Sequence record: MN850645.1
Origin: Escherichia phage outra
Strand: one strand, 5' to 3'
Length of the DNA stretch: 64,000 nt
In this document: piece by piece, positions 9,530 to 18,870 of the stretch
Layout of the letters: each line of letters begins with the position of its first letter
How positions within the stretch are numbered: position 1 is the stretch's first letter
Notes under the pieces: generated by a model
What the model was told of the DNA's origin: nothing
Databases searched by the model: none
The model's input: the letters and a program-made list of their open reading frames with translations, nothing else
Program-made: the position numbers and the translations under genes

Positions 9530-10645
9530 TTACTCTGCTGGTTCCCAAGTACCTGGAATCATCTTACGTACACGTACCCCAACAGGCTTGGTAGGAATAC
9601 CTTCGTCTGAAAATTCTTCGTACTCTATTTCAACAAATTGACCAATAAGTGTCAAAGCATTTTCTTCTTTACGATAGTTAATGGTTTCATCTGAATCCTT
9701 ACGCATCAGGAATTCGACTACTTTACCATTTTCCATCTCGCCTGTCAATACCCCGTCACCATTTTTATCACGTTTTGCACTTACCACTTTAACTTCAAGC
9801 GTCTGACGTGGTTTACGTTTAATAACATCATAAGAACGTTTATCAAACTCGTAAACACCTTGTGCGTTACGATACACCACACCTTCCGCTTTTTCACGTA
9901 GAGCTTTTGCATAGAATTCATCAAACTGCTCTTGGTTTTCAATGTATTCTGTATGTACTACACAAATTAGTTCATCTAAACCTTTATCTTCAACAACTTC
10001 TTTTAGAGCAGCTAAAACTTGAACCCTCTTCTCAAATGGTACAGATGGCACAGGAACATCATATACATAGTATTTAAGAAGTGGTGTGTTAGCATTATGC
10101 TTTTTCCACGCACTATTAATTTGTTGAAGGCTAAGGACACCCAAACCAGCAAAAACTTCACCGTCAAGAGGATGACCAACTACTTCTTTAATGAAGGTTG
10201 GAATTTCTTCCCAGTGAGGTGGAAGTTTATATACCTCACCAGCTTTAGATAAACATTCACCTTGCATGTTAATCATTGAACGTAGACCATTCAATTTATA
10301 TTGTGCATAACCTGGGAACAAAACACGGTCAGCATAATCTTTATAATCCTGACATTTCATGGGTGTGGAAGGAACATGGTTTTCAGCTTCCTCTTTTGTT
10401 TTATAATACCCATTCTTAAGTTGCTTTGTCCATTTGGCAAGAGCTTCTATTTCAGCTTGTTCTTCTGCTGTTGTTTCATTGGAGCGACCAATATTTTTAG
10501 GTTCTGCCGTATAAGATTTGCTAGTGATCTTTCCACCTAATTGACCATGAGCAACAGTTACAACACTACCTTCGGTATAGACTGACCACTGTCTAATTTT
10601 ACCTGTAGAAGTTTTACCATATAATGTAGGATTAGTTTGTTTCAT
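9530..10645 (-). CDS. ATP-dependent DNA ligase
   Basis: Motif I KLNGLR (KxDG-type), ~370 aa; start moved to Met17 (10645) with GGAGG RBS, removing overlap with upstream ORF. Confidence 0.75.
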   Translation of the reverse strand: MKQTNPTLYGKTSTGKIRQWSVYTEGSVVTVAHGQLGGKITSKSYTAEPKNIGRSNETTAEEQAEIEALAKWTKQLKNGYYKTKEEAENHVPSTPMKCQDYKDYADRVLFPGYAQYKLNGLRSMINMQGECLSKAGEVYKLPPHWEEIPTFIKEVVGHPLDGEVFAGLGVLSLQQINSAWKKHNANTPLLKYYVYDVPVPSVPFEKRVQVLAALKEVVEDKGLDELICVVHTEYIENQEQFDEFYAKALREKAEGVVYRNAQGVYEFDKRSYDVIKRKPRQTLEVKVVSAKRDKNGDGVLTGEMENGKVVEFLMRKDSDETINYRKEENALTLIGQFVEIEYEEFSDEGIPTKPVGVRVRKMIPGTWEPAE

Positions 10646-10835
10646 CTCTAACCTCCAGTTGCGAAAGAACCCATTTAGCCATTTCAATTTCACCGTGTAG
10701 TCTGCCTAGTTCATAGGCATCATCAATATTACCACCAGTGTAATCATCCACCATAAAGTAAGGATCTTCACTACTGTTAGGCGCGTTTGCAATTCTCGTT
10801 AGTTCTTCAATAAATGTCATAGTTAACCTTACCAA
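10632..10835 (-). CDS. hypothetical protein (67 aa)
   Basis: ORF track only. Confidence 0.35.
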   Translation of the reverse strand: MVRLTMTFIEELTRIANAPNSSEDPYFMVDDYTGGNIDDAYELGRLHGEIEMAKWVLSQLEVRDETN

Positions 10836-11053
10836 TTATACACAAGAGTTTGAATTTCTTCCATCAAGTCTTCAAGATCTGTATCAACATATTCAGAAGA
10901 TGTTGCCATAAAGTATGTAATCATTGTAAACCCTTCCGAAGAAAGGGCATCAAGGATATCATTAAACATATCTTCCATTTCAGTATTCTCACCAAATGAG
11001 AATAACATTTGTTGATCTTCGCTTACACCTTTAACATAGATAGCTGTACTCAT
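10829..11053 (-). CDS. hypothetical acidic protein (74 aa)
   Basis: ORF track only. Confidence 0.35.
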   Translation of the reverse strand: MSTAIYVKGVSEDQQMLFSFGENTEMEDMFNDILDALSSEGFTMITYFMATSSEYVDTDLEDLMEEIQTLVYNW

Positions 11054-11056
11054 ATA

Positions 11057-11377
11057 TTAATCCTTAAGACGTTCATTTAAATCTGCAATAACATCACCTA
11101 AATCTTCACATTCCAGTGTTAATTCGGAAACTTGTCCACTCAAATAACAAACTTCTTCATTTAGATCTGAAATAATGTTTTCTAATGAATCTACTTGGTC
11201 ATCATATGAACGTTTTGTTTCTTCAAGTTCTTCCGTAAGATCATTAATCAAACGGAGCAAAGATAAGATATAACCGTCTCCTGTTTCGTTCCTCCACTCA
11301 CTTCCGTAGCGATAAATAATAATTTCACCATTATCGACTACTGTAAAATACTTACCTTCACCAGAATAAATTTCCAT
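11057..11377 (-). CDS. hypothetical coiled-coil protein (106 aa)
   Basis: ORF track; heptad-like LxxLxxE pattern. Confidence 0.35.
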   Translation of the reverse strand: MEIYSGEGKYFTVVDNGEIIIYRYGSEWRNETGDGYILSLLRLINDLTEELEETKRSYDDQVDSLENIISDLNEEVCYLSGQVSELTLECEDLGDVIADLNERLKD

Positions 11378-11386
11378 ACACTCTCC

Positions 11387-11791
11387 TTATTGTAGCTTAA
11401 GTGAACTGCGAAGACGTTTCTCTTGCTGATCACGAATATGTTGTGGAACCTCGTGAATTGAGTCGTTACCGTGCCTATTTTCAACAACTAAAGAGATAAC
11501 TTGATAACCAAACTCTTCGGCAAGAGTTAAATAAGGTTTAAGTTCTTTCTCTGTGGTTGAAGTGTTAGAGACAATAATCTTTTCAACACCATACTGCATA
11601 TATTTTTGTACTTTGACACGACACCATTGGTGTGCTTTATGGATATTCTCTTCCTTCCACTCATACACACCATCTTCAGTGTAGTGGTATTGATCTGCCT
11701 CACAAATAGGCCAATGATTTTCAGAAATAATTTCTGCTACTGTAGATTTACCTGCGCCTGAAACACCACGTAAAATGATAAGTTGTTTCAT
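11387..11791 (-). CDS. P-loop kinase (polynucleotide/nucleotide kinase-like)
   Basis: Walker A LRGVSGAGKSTVAE at N-terminus; 134 aa; immediately downstream of RNA-ligase-like gene. Confidence 0.5.
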   Translation of the reverse strand: MKQLIILRGVSGAGKSTVAEIISENHWPICEADQYHYTEDGVYEWKEENIHKAHQWCRVKVQKYMQYGVEKIIVSNTSTTEKELKPYLTLAEEFGYQVISLVVENRHGNDSIHEVPQHIRDQQEKRLRSSLKLQ

Positions 11792-12724
11792 TTAGCCTCC
11801 AAAGAAGTTTTCTATTTCTTTACGTCGCTCTTGTGGATCTAGAGCAGCCCATTGAACCTTCGTAAAATTATTTCGAAGCCATTCTAGCAAAGTATAATAT
11901 TCTTCGTCAACAATTTGTTTAGCATTTTTTGGGTTGTCCCAAATCATATCCCACTTCTTATTGCCACCACGCATAAGGAATTTCTTAGCAAGATAGTATG
12001 GTGACTTAATCTTTAAGAGTAAGTTAAACGGATAGTTTGTTTCACGAACAACAAAGCCTTCGTGTCTACAATGTTTAGACATTTCAACAACATCTGAAAA
12101 TTTAATCATCGGATAAACTTCAGGACGTTTAAACTTTGTAACAGATGCAATCCCATCAAGAACACCTTCAGGTAACATGAAACTTGTCCCATCAAGATTT
12201 TGAATTCTTGCTCCAATTAAGTATGCGCCTGGTTCTTCTTCGACAATATGTGGATCAGAAGGATCACAGATTTCAAAAAGGAAAGTTGCTTTTGCACTTT
12301 CTGTCCACTTAATGAAATACTCTATGTCGTCACACTCGGAAACAATACGGTTCTTTGCCATAATTGCAAAATCTGATTCTAGGCTCCCTGTTGTTGATAC
12401 AACAAGTTTCCCTTTGTACACACCTACAGATGCCATAAAACCGTTTACTTTACGGACAACATCTACAATTTCGTCTGCTGGAAGATCTGTACCATTTTCA
12501 AAACGATTAAAGATTTTAGTAAAAGGCCAAATAACAACATTGTCTTCTGAGTCAACAACCAACCCACGACAATCTAGAAGTCGTTTGTCAACGTTCCACA
12601 AATTATCCCAGAATACATTGTTTTTGTATTTAAGCACAGCAAGACCAGCATACTCTCCAGATTTAACTTCTTTTTTATGCACTAAACCTTTTGCAATCAG
12701 GTCATCACAATTGAACTTAGCCAT
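11792..12724 (-). CDS. RNA ligase-like nucleotidyltransferase (Rnl2-like, putative)
   Basis: Covalent nucleotidyltransferase motif I KVNGF (KxNG); 310 aa; flanked by phosphoesterase and kinase. Confidence 0.45.
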   Translation of the reverse strand: MAKFNCDDLIAKGLVHKKEVKSGEYAGLAVLKYKNNVFWDNLWNVDKRLLDCRGLVVDSEDNVVIWPFTKIFNRFENGTDLPADEIVDVVRKVNGFMASVGVYKGKLVVSTTGSLESDFAIMAKNRIVSECDDIEYFIKWTESAKATFLFEICDPSDPHIVEEEPGAYLIGARIQNLDGTSFMLPEGVLDGIASVTKFKRPEVYPMIKFSDVVEMSKHCRHEGFVVRETNYPFNLLLKIKSPYYLAKKFLMRGGNKKWDMIWDNPKNAKQIVDEEYYTLLEWLRNNFTKVQWAALDPQERRKEIENFFGG

Positions 12725-12725
12725 C

Positions 12726-13277
12726 TTAATCTCCTTTGATTATCTTATGATGGTCTACAACAACAATATCACGCTTATCCATAATAGAGATGATTTCGTC
12801 AAAATGCAAGATTTTACCGTGTGCATCCCAACCAACATCCAACATCTTCCCATACAAATGATCAGGGAATGATCCGTGAGAGTGTCCGTGTAGCATGATT
12901 GATCCATGCCCTTGTTTATTCCAGGCAGCCATAGGGTAATGGCTTAAGACGAAAAACAGCTTCTGATATTTCACTTCGTCATAATAAACCACTTCTCCAT
13001 ACTCTGCAAGCACTTTTCTGTGTTTACTGTAATCATGGTTCCCAACACAGTAAGTAATATCCCCTTGGAGACGGGAAGCAATCTTACGGGTATCTTCTTC
13101 AGTCCCGAAACAGAAGTCCCCAAGATGGTACATCTTTACTCCTGGTGTTGTGGCACATTTATTCCATGCTTCGATCAGTGCTTCTGTCATATGCTCCATA
13201 TCTTCCCACGGGCGATATTCAGGAGCAAACTCTCGGATACGTTTGTGCATAAAATGCAAATCACTTGTAATAAACAT
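12726..13277 (-). CDS. calcineurin-like metallophosphoesterase
   Basis: SDLHF...GDFCFG...GNHDY...GHSHG metal-binding motif series. Confidence 0.7.
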   Translation of the reverse strand: MFITSDLHFMHKRIREFAPEYRPWEDMEHMTEALIEAWNKCATTPGVKMYHLGDFCFGTEEDTRKIASRLQGDITYCVGNHDYSKHRKVLAEYGEVVYYDEVKYQKLFFVLSHYPMAAWNKQGHGSIMLHGHSHGSFPDHLYGKMLDVGWDAHGKILHFDEIISIMDKRDIVVVDHHKIIKGD

Positions 13278-13639
13278 TAGTATAATCCCTCGCTGAATAG
13301 TTCACTGTTGTGACCATTTCTTTCGTAGTTAATTTGTTTGGCGTTATCTGCAATGATATAAGCATCTTTTCGACTCCACCAATTGTAATACTGATCAATA
13401 AACCCTTGATTATCAGGTAAGCAAAACAGTTTATCGATCAATCCTGCATCTTTTAAAACATTAAGTTGTGCAGATAGTATAGGATTTGCATGCCTAACAC
13501 AAGGAATAATTAACTCTTCACCATTGTTGAGAATATACTTATTCGCAGCGCAGACTATAACACGTTGAGCATAGTGATCCTCACCAATCCAGGTAAGAGG
13601 TTGGTAACAAATATCATGTTGATTAGTAGCGCACATCAA
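13277..13639 (-). CDS. hypothetical protein (120 aa)
   Basis: ORF track only. Confidence 0.4.
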   Translation of the reverse strand: MMCATNQHDICYQPLTWIGEDHYAQRVIVCAANKYILNNGEELIIPCVRHANPILSAQLNVLKDAGLIDKLFCLPDNQGFIDQYYNWWSRKDAYIIADNAKQINYERNGHNSELFSEGLY

Positions 13640-13794
13640 TTTTCTCCATACTCTTTTAGTCTATCAGCGAAAAAACTGTAATCAGGAAGTAAAAGATCAT
13701 TACTCGTATCGCTCCAGTTCTCTTCCTCTCTATAGATAAAATGCCCTTCATCCTCTTCTTGCTCTGACCAAACTGAATAATGCATAATACCTAC

Positions 13795-14169
13795 TTAATA
13801 GTTAACACGTTTAATTTCAACACCATAGGATGAAATAAAATTTTCCTTAGCTAACATATATTTACCAGCAGCAGAAGGATTTGATGTATGAACATAGATA
13901 GTTTTAAGAGCATCCCATTCACCCGCGTACAACATACATTCTACATCCAAGAACGCATGATATCCTTCTTGATCTTCTCCAAGATCATTATCGAAGTGTA
14001 TCTCTGAGATAGTATTGAAATTATCTTCATCTGAAACAAAAGATGACCAATCCTCAAAAGATTTTAACCAAATGGCATCCTCATAACCATAATCTTTAGG
14101 ATCTCTTAAATCGTCTAACCAAAGAATTTTAGCCACTATCAACCTCCTTCCTGTTTCTCTTCTTTCCAA
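13795..14169 (-). CDS. hypothetical protein (124 aa)
   Basis: ORF track; ILWLDDLRDP / IHFDNDLGE segments of unknown significance. Confidence 0.4.
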   Translation of the reverse strand: MERRETGRRLIVAKILWLDDLRDPKDYGYEDAIWLKSFEDWSSFVSDEDNFNTISEIHFDNDLGEDQEGYHAFLDVECMLYAGEWDALKTIYVHTSNPSAAGKYMLAKENFISSYGVEIKRVNY

Positions 14170-14330
14170 GTTTTACCTTTATCTACCAATTTCTTAGAAA
14201 CAGCAAATCTTTCCCCATTGATATAAAACAAATAAAGAATAAAGGATTTTCCTATAGTTACAGTATCTACTACTTCTACACGCTTCACACCTTGCATGTA
14301 TTTGGCTTTACCTGAATAAATAAGAAACAT
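14139..14330 (-). CDS. hypothetical small protein (63 aa)
   Basis: ORF track only. Confidence 0.3.
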   Translation of the reverse strand: MFLIYSGKAKYMQGVKRVEVVDTVTIGKSFILYLFYINGERFAVSKKLVDKGKTWKEEKQEGG

Positions 14331-14608
14331 TACTTATTCCTTTTGTTGTTGATCACATCTAAAGCTGTGTAAGGCTTGTTTGTACCGCTGTATTCAAGAA
14401 TAATTGGTACATATTCATAGACCAACTCAAAAGTGCCATACACAGAATCTGCAACTGAAATAAGCATTTCAGTGCCTTCGTCGTTCTTAATTAATGAAAA
14501 TCTTGCCCCTGGTTTATTGAGCACTTCATATTTCTTACCTGCTGTCAGCAAACCTGAATACCATTCATTTTGCACAACAGACAAACACTTCAGATATGTT
14601 TTTCTCAT
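14330..14608 (-). CDS. hypothetical protein (92 aa)
   Basis: ORF track only. Confidence 0.35.
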   Translation of the reverse strand: MRKTYLKCLSVVQNEWYSGLLTAGKKYEVLNKPGARFSLIKNDEGTEMLISVADSVYGTFELVYEYVPIILEYSGTNKPYTALDVINNKRNK

Positions 14609-14946
14609 TTCTTTTTGCTCCTTCTTTTAGGCTTCTCGTATAAACCTAACACAGCCGATTCTTTTGCACAAATAGGAACTGACTTCATTCCTCGTTTTTT
14701 AGCTTCTGGTAGATTCAAAACCCACCAGCCAAACCAGTACAATTCATCCTCTGTAAAAGGATTTGCCATAGGATCTGCATCACGTTCTTCAAATTTAGCA
14801 AGAGCTTCTTCTATCTTTTCTATTGGAGTATCAAAGACAAAAGCCTCTGTGTCAAATTTTTGTTTCTTAGGAGCGGCTTTTGCCGCCCCATCTTTAGATG
14901 CGTGCTTTGTTACGGATCGCTTCTTCGGTGTTTTCGCCATCAACAA
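14605..14946 (-). CDS. hypothetical basic protein (113 aa)
   Basis: Lys/Arg-rich N- and C-termini; possibly nucleic-acid binding. Confidence 0.4.
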   Translation of the reverse strand: MLMAKTPKKRSVTKHASKDGAAKAAPKKQKFDTEAFVFDTPIEKIEEALAKFEERDADPMANPFTEDELYWFGWWVLNLPEAKKRGMKSVPICAKESAVLGLYEKPKRRSKKK

Positions 14947-15133
14947 CCTCCATGCGGTGTAAGAAATCTTGCTGGAATCGCCAATACTGTTGACCAGTCC
15001 TTACATCTTCGTAGATCACAACAGGATCAAATACTTTAGATACACCTGCTGGTTTAGGGAAGCCAACTACACGATATAAACCACCTTTGCTAATACAAGA
15101 ATATGTTACATCAGTTAAAATTTCTTTTTTCAT
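14894..15133 (-). CDS. hypothetical protein (79 aa)
   Basis: ORF track only. Confidence 0.3.
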   Translation of the reverse strand: MKKEILTDVTYSCISKGGLYRVVGFPKPAGVSKVFDPVVIYEDVRTGQQYWRFQQDFLHRMEVVDGENTEEAIRNKARI

Positions 15134-15327
15134 TTCTTAATAAACTCCAATACAGGTACGTGATCAGCAGTTAAAGTTACACAATTGTAACTCACCTTTT
15201 CAACTTCAGAGAATGCTTCAACCCATAGCAAGAAATTCTCTTTAGCTTCTTCATAATTCAATGTTGACTTAACAACATGGAACTCACCAAGGATTACTCT
15301 ATAGATTGTTTGCATAGTTTGATTCAT
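15130..15327 (-). CDS. hypothetical protein (65 aa)
   Basis: ORF track only. Confidence 0.35.
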   Translation of the reverse strand: MNQTMQTIYRVILGEFHVVKSTLNYEEAKENFLLWVEAFSEVEKVSYNCVTLTADHVPVLEFIKK

Positions 15328-15393
15328 TTATTTTTCCTTTGTTTAAAATGTGTTAAACAATCGCAAATGCTTGTGACGCACTTTGTGATTCCA

Positions 15394-15762
15394 CTAATTA
15401 ATGTCAGCACTATGATTGTTGAGAGTATAGGATACTCCATCGCCCAAGTCAACATGAATCTCAACTCCTAACTGTCTTTCTAATGGTAAACGTTTTGAGA
15501 ATTGATAATTACAAAGTTTACAGTCTAAGTCAAGCAACTCATGTTTGCTTAAACCTGCAACGATAACTTTGCTCCCCACTGTCCACTCAATACCTTCAAA
15601 ATTATCTCTTCTTTTCAAAATGTCAAGTAAGAAGATGATTTGTTGCCATTCCGTAGACAAGTCTTCTTCATAGAATGCAGAACAAAAAGTTTTATCATCG
15701 TAGAAAGCATACATTATGCCTCCATCTATTGTTTCACTTCTAACGTAACGTGTGACCCTCAT
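15394..15762 (-). CDS. hypothetical protein (122 aa); first gene of the minus-strand early block
   Basis: ORF track; RBS GGAGGAAATAATG at start. Confidence 0.4.
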   Translation of the reverse strand: MRVTRYVRSETIDGGIMYAFYDDKTFCSAFYEEDLSTEWQQIIFLLDILKRRDNFEGIEWTVGSKVIVAGLSKHELLDLDCKLCNYQFSKRLPLERQLGVEIHVDLGDGVSYTLNNHSADIN

Positions 15763-15893
15763 TATTTCCTCCTGTATGGCTCTGTAACGAGCTAATCGCC
15801 TTTAAGATATGCAATCACCTTACCTCACAGTAAAACTCGTTACAATCGTTTTTAGGAGGTTTAGGTTGTACTTAAAAATAATCTAAAAAGGTG

Positions 15894-15922
15894 TTGACAA
15901 ACGCAAAAAAGTATGCTACCCT
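15894..15922 (+). promoter_or_regulatory. sigma70-like promoter candidate (TTGACA-N17-TACCCT)
   Basis: Consensus -35 hexamer, weak -10; followed by GC hairpin ACCCCC...GGGGGT. Confidence 0.3.
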
Positions 15923-16103
15923 AACCCCCGAAAAACGCCGAGCGCAGCGAGGGGGTGTTATCTAATCTTGTGATACATGATCTAACAGACAACTGAGTAG
16001 TCTACATATAGCATTATGTTATGTCTCTAATACTAACATACATACTCTATACTAACAATAGATTCTTTATTAATTTTATTATTAATTAAATAATAAATAT
16101 CTA

Positions 16104-16132
16104 TTGACTTTAGATCTATCTGTATGTAGAGT
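16104..16132 (+). promoter_or_regulatory. sigma70-like promoter (TTGACT-N17-TAGAGT) with A/T-rich UP-like region
   Basis: Hexamers at correct spacing ~40 nt upstream of the Prs-like gene; preceded by ~60 nt A/T tract. Confidence 0.5.
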
Positions 16133-16171
16133 AGAGAACATAAAGTCCTAACTCAACTAAGGAGATAAACA

Positions 16172-17065
16172 ATGAAAGTTAGTATTCTACATGGTGTTGG
16201 CTGTTATGTTACTGATGTAGACGTTAAAGTCTTTACATTCTCTGGTGGAGAACAACATGTTCAACTAGACACGAATCTATCAGGTTTCAATCATGCTACA
16301 GACAGAATCTTACTCTCTTTAGAAGTAAGATCTGCTAAAGACTTGATGACTTTGGTTATGACTAAGAATGCATTGGACAATATGCTATATCATAAACCAT
16401 ATTGTGTTGATTTGCTCATGTTGTATGTGCCATATGCACGACAAGACAGAGTGTGTGAACCTGGGGAAGCATTCGGAGTTAAAGCATTTGCTTCTATAAT
16501 TAATTCATTAAATTTCTCACGTGTTATCGTTGCTGATCCACATAGTGATGTTACTCCAGCAGTGTTTGACAGACTCTGTGTAATATCTCAAGAAGAGATT
16601 GCTTACGAAACTTTAAAGTGGAAGTTACGTATGGAGAATTTTGCTCTTGTTAGCCCTGATGGTGGTGCTCTTAAGAAAATATTTAAATTATCTAAGAAAA
16701 TGTCTTTAGATGTGTTCTGTGCAGAGAAGGTTAGAGATACTGCAACAGGTGCTATTGTTCGTACAGACATTTCTGTACAGGATTTCAATAAACGTAACCT
16801 GATGATCGTAGATGATATCTGTGACGGCGGTAGAACTTTTATTGAATTGGCTAAAGTGCTACGTGCTCGTAACGCAGGTAAGATTGAGTTATATGTTACA
16901 CACGGTATCTTTTCTAAAGGTCTTAAAGAGTTAAGTGAGCACTTTGACTGCATTCATTCTCTTAATGTGTGGGAAGATAACATCCAAGAAGATTCCGGTG
17001 TTCTTGTTAAGAATCAGTCAGATTTGCAACAACAAATTGTATCTCCATACGTGTGGAATTTTTAA
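16172..17065 (+). CDS. ribose-phosphate pyrophosphokinase (Prs) homologue; candidate ADP-ribose pyrophosphokinase
   Basis: YVPYARQDRV (Prs Y.GYARQDR motif) and LMIVDDICDGGRTF (PRPP-binding loop); RBS AAGGAG. Confidence 0.8.
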   Translation: MKVSILHGVGCYVTDVDVKVFTFSGGEQHVQLDTNLSGFNHATDRILLSLEVRSAKDLMTLVMTKNALDNMLYHKPYCVDLLMLYVPYARQDRVCEPGEAFGVKAFASIINSLNFSRVIVADPHSDVTPAVFDRLCVISQEEIAYETLKWKLRMENFALVSPDGGALKKIFKLSKKMSLDVFCAEKVRDTATGAIVRTDISVQDFNKRNLMIVDDICDGGRTFIELAKVLRARNAGKIELYVTHGIFSKGLKELSEHFDCIHSLNVWEDNIQEDSGVLVKNQSDLQQQIVSPYVWNF

Positions 17066-17075
17066 ATAATAAGTG

Positions 17076-17104
17076 TTGACAATAGGGAGTATGCTTAGTA
17101 AGAT
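17076..17104 (+). promoter_or_regulatory. sigma70-like promoter (TTGACA-N17-TAAGAT)
   Basis: Sits in the 70-nt gap between the Prs-like and Nampt-like genes. Confidence 0.5.
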
Positions 17105-17136
17105 ACTCCCACACTAACAAACAAGGAGACATAACT

Positions 17137-18870
17137 ATGAATATTTTTGCACCTTTTGCTACTGATTGGTATAAACCTGGTCACAAGCAGATGTACAACC
17201 AAAATACAAAACTCATTTTCTCTAATTTAACTCCTCGTAATGATAAAAACTTTGCACACTATGCAGATCGTGAAGCACGTGGTGTGATTGTTTTAGGTAT
17301 TCGTCGAGCAGTCACTGATGCTCTTGTAATTATGTGGGACAGCTTCTTTAAAATGTCTCGTAGTGCAGCAGTAAATAAATTTTATCGTATGTCTAAAAAT
17401 GCATTAGGTGCTTCTGCTCCTTCTGCTGAATGTTGGGGAGAATTGCACGATTTAGGTTATCTTCCGCTAGAAGTTCGATCTCTGCCAGAAGGTGTTTTGT
17501 GTCCTATTGGTGTTCCTGTGTTTACTGTGCATAATACTTTAGAAAAATTCTTTTGGTTAACTAACTATGTGGAAACACTCTTGTCAGATGAAACTTGGAA
17601 GACAATGACTAATGCCACAGCAGCTTTTCAGTATAAGCGTATCGCTATGGCGTATGCGATGGCAACGTGTGATAACATTGATCACGTTAATTTCCAGTGT
17701 CATGACTTTAGCCTACGTGGTTTAAGCAATATCGAAGATGGTTATAAGAGTGGTATCGCTCATTTGGCATCTTTCACAGGTACAGATAATATTCTGGCTA
17801 TTGAAACTGTGCATGATTACTATGGTATTGATTATGATCAGTTTGTTGCAGGTTCTATTCCGGCAACAGAACATTCAGTAGCAACGACTAACATTGGAGC
17901 TATTGTTGAAGATCTAAAGGAACATTTTCCACGTCTTAAAGCTGATGTAGATTGGCTTCGTTATGTAGCAGAAAAAGAGTTTCTTCGTCGTTATATTGAA
18001 GAAATTGTTCCAGAAGGTTTTTGTTCATATGTAGCAGATTCTTATGATTACTGGACTGTATTGACTAACATTCTGGTAGAGTTGAAAGATTCCATCATGT
18101 CACGAAATGGTCGTCTTGTTATTCGTCCAGATTCAGGAGATCCGGTTAAAGTTGTTGCAGGGTACAATGTTGAATCTTTTGATAACTATGAAGATCTTTT
18201 AAATAATGGTATTGCTACAGCCACTGAAGTAGTACATTTGGCTGATGTTAATAAGTATTACAATGTTCTTCAGGATTGCAGTGTTGCTGATTGTATTGAT
18301 GAAACTTATGAGATTCCTTATTGTGAAGCAGTAGGTTCTATTCAAATCCTTTGGGAAGTGTTTGGCGGCACTATCAATCGAAAAGGCTACAAGGTTCTTG
18401 ATCAGCACATCGGTATGATTTATGGTGATTCTATTACTGTTGAACGAGAACACGAAATCTTACGCCGACTGAAGAAGAAAGGCTTTGCTGCTTCCAATAT
18501 TGTATTTGGTGTTGGTAGTTATACTTATCAGTTCAATACACGAGATACTTTTGGTTTTGCTGTTAAAGCAACAGGTAGTATCATCGGTGAACACGAAATT
18601 TTGGTAAGTAAGGAGCCTAAAACTGATCCTGGTAAACGCTCTGCAAAAGGTTTTATTAAGGTTGTTAAGGATACAAATGGTAAACTTTCTCTTGTGGATA
18701 ATCTTTCTTTTAAAGATATCCAAGATGAAGACAATGAGTTAAAAGTTATCTTCAGGGATGGTACGGTTATTACACCACAAGTAGAAGGACGTGATGAAAC
18801 ATTTACTGATATCCGTAACCGTGTTGATGTAGAGGTTCTTCGTACTATGGGAACCATCCAGGTTGACTAA
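17137..18870 (+). CDS. nicotinamide phosphoribosyltransferase (Nampt/NadV) homologue
   Basis: FATDWYKPGHKQMY N-terminal Nampt signature, 577 aa; RBS AAGGAG. Confidence 0.8.
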   Translation: MNIFAPFATDWYKPGHKQMYNQNTKLIFSNLTPRNDKNFAHYADREARGVIVLGIRRAVTDALVIMWDSFFKMSRSAAVNKFYRMSKNALGASAPSAECWGELHDLGYLPLEVRSLPEGVLCPIGVPVFTVHNTLEKFFWLTNYVETLLSDETWKTMTNATAAFQYKRIAMAYAMATCDNIDHVNFQCHDFSLRGLSNIEDGYKSGIAHLASFTGTDNILAIETVHDYYGIDYDQFVAGSIPATEHSVATTNIGAIVEDLKEHFPRLKADVDWLRYVAEKEFLRRYIEEIVPEGFCSYVADSYDYWTVLTNILVELKDSIMSRNGRLVIRPDSGDPVKVVAGYNVESFDNYEDLLNNGIATATEVVHLADVNKYYNVLQDCSVADCIDETYEIPYCEAVGSIQILWEVFGGTINRKGYKVLDQHIGMIYGDSITVEREHEILRRLKKKGFAASNIVFGVGSYTYQFNTRDTFGFAVKATGSIIGEHEILVSKEPKTDPGKRSAKGFIKVVKDTNGKLSLVDNLSFKDIQDEDNELKVIFRDGTVITPQVEGRDETFTDIRNRVDVEVLRTMGTIQVD

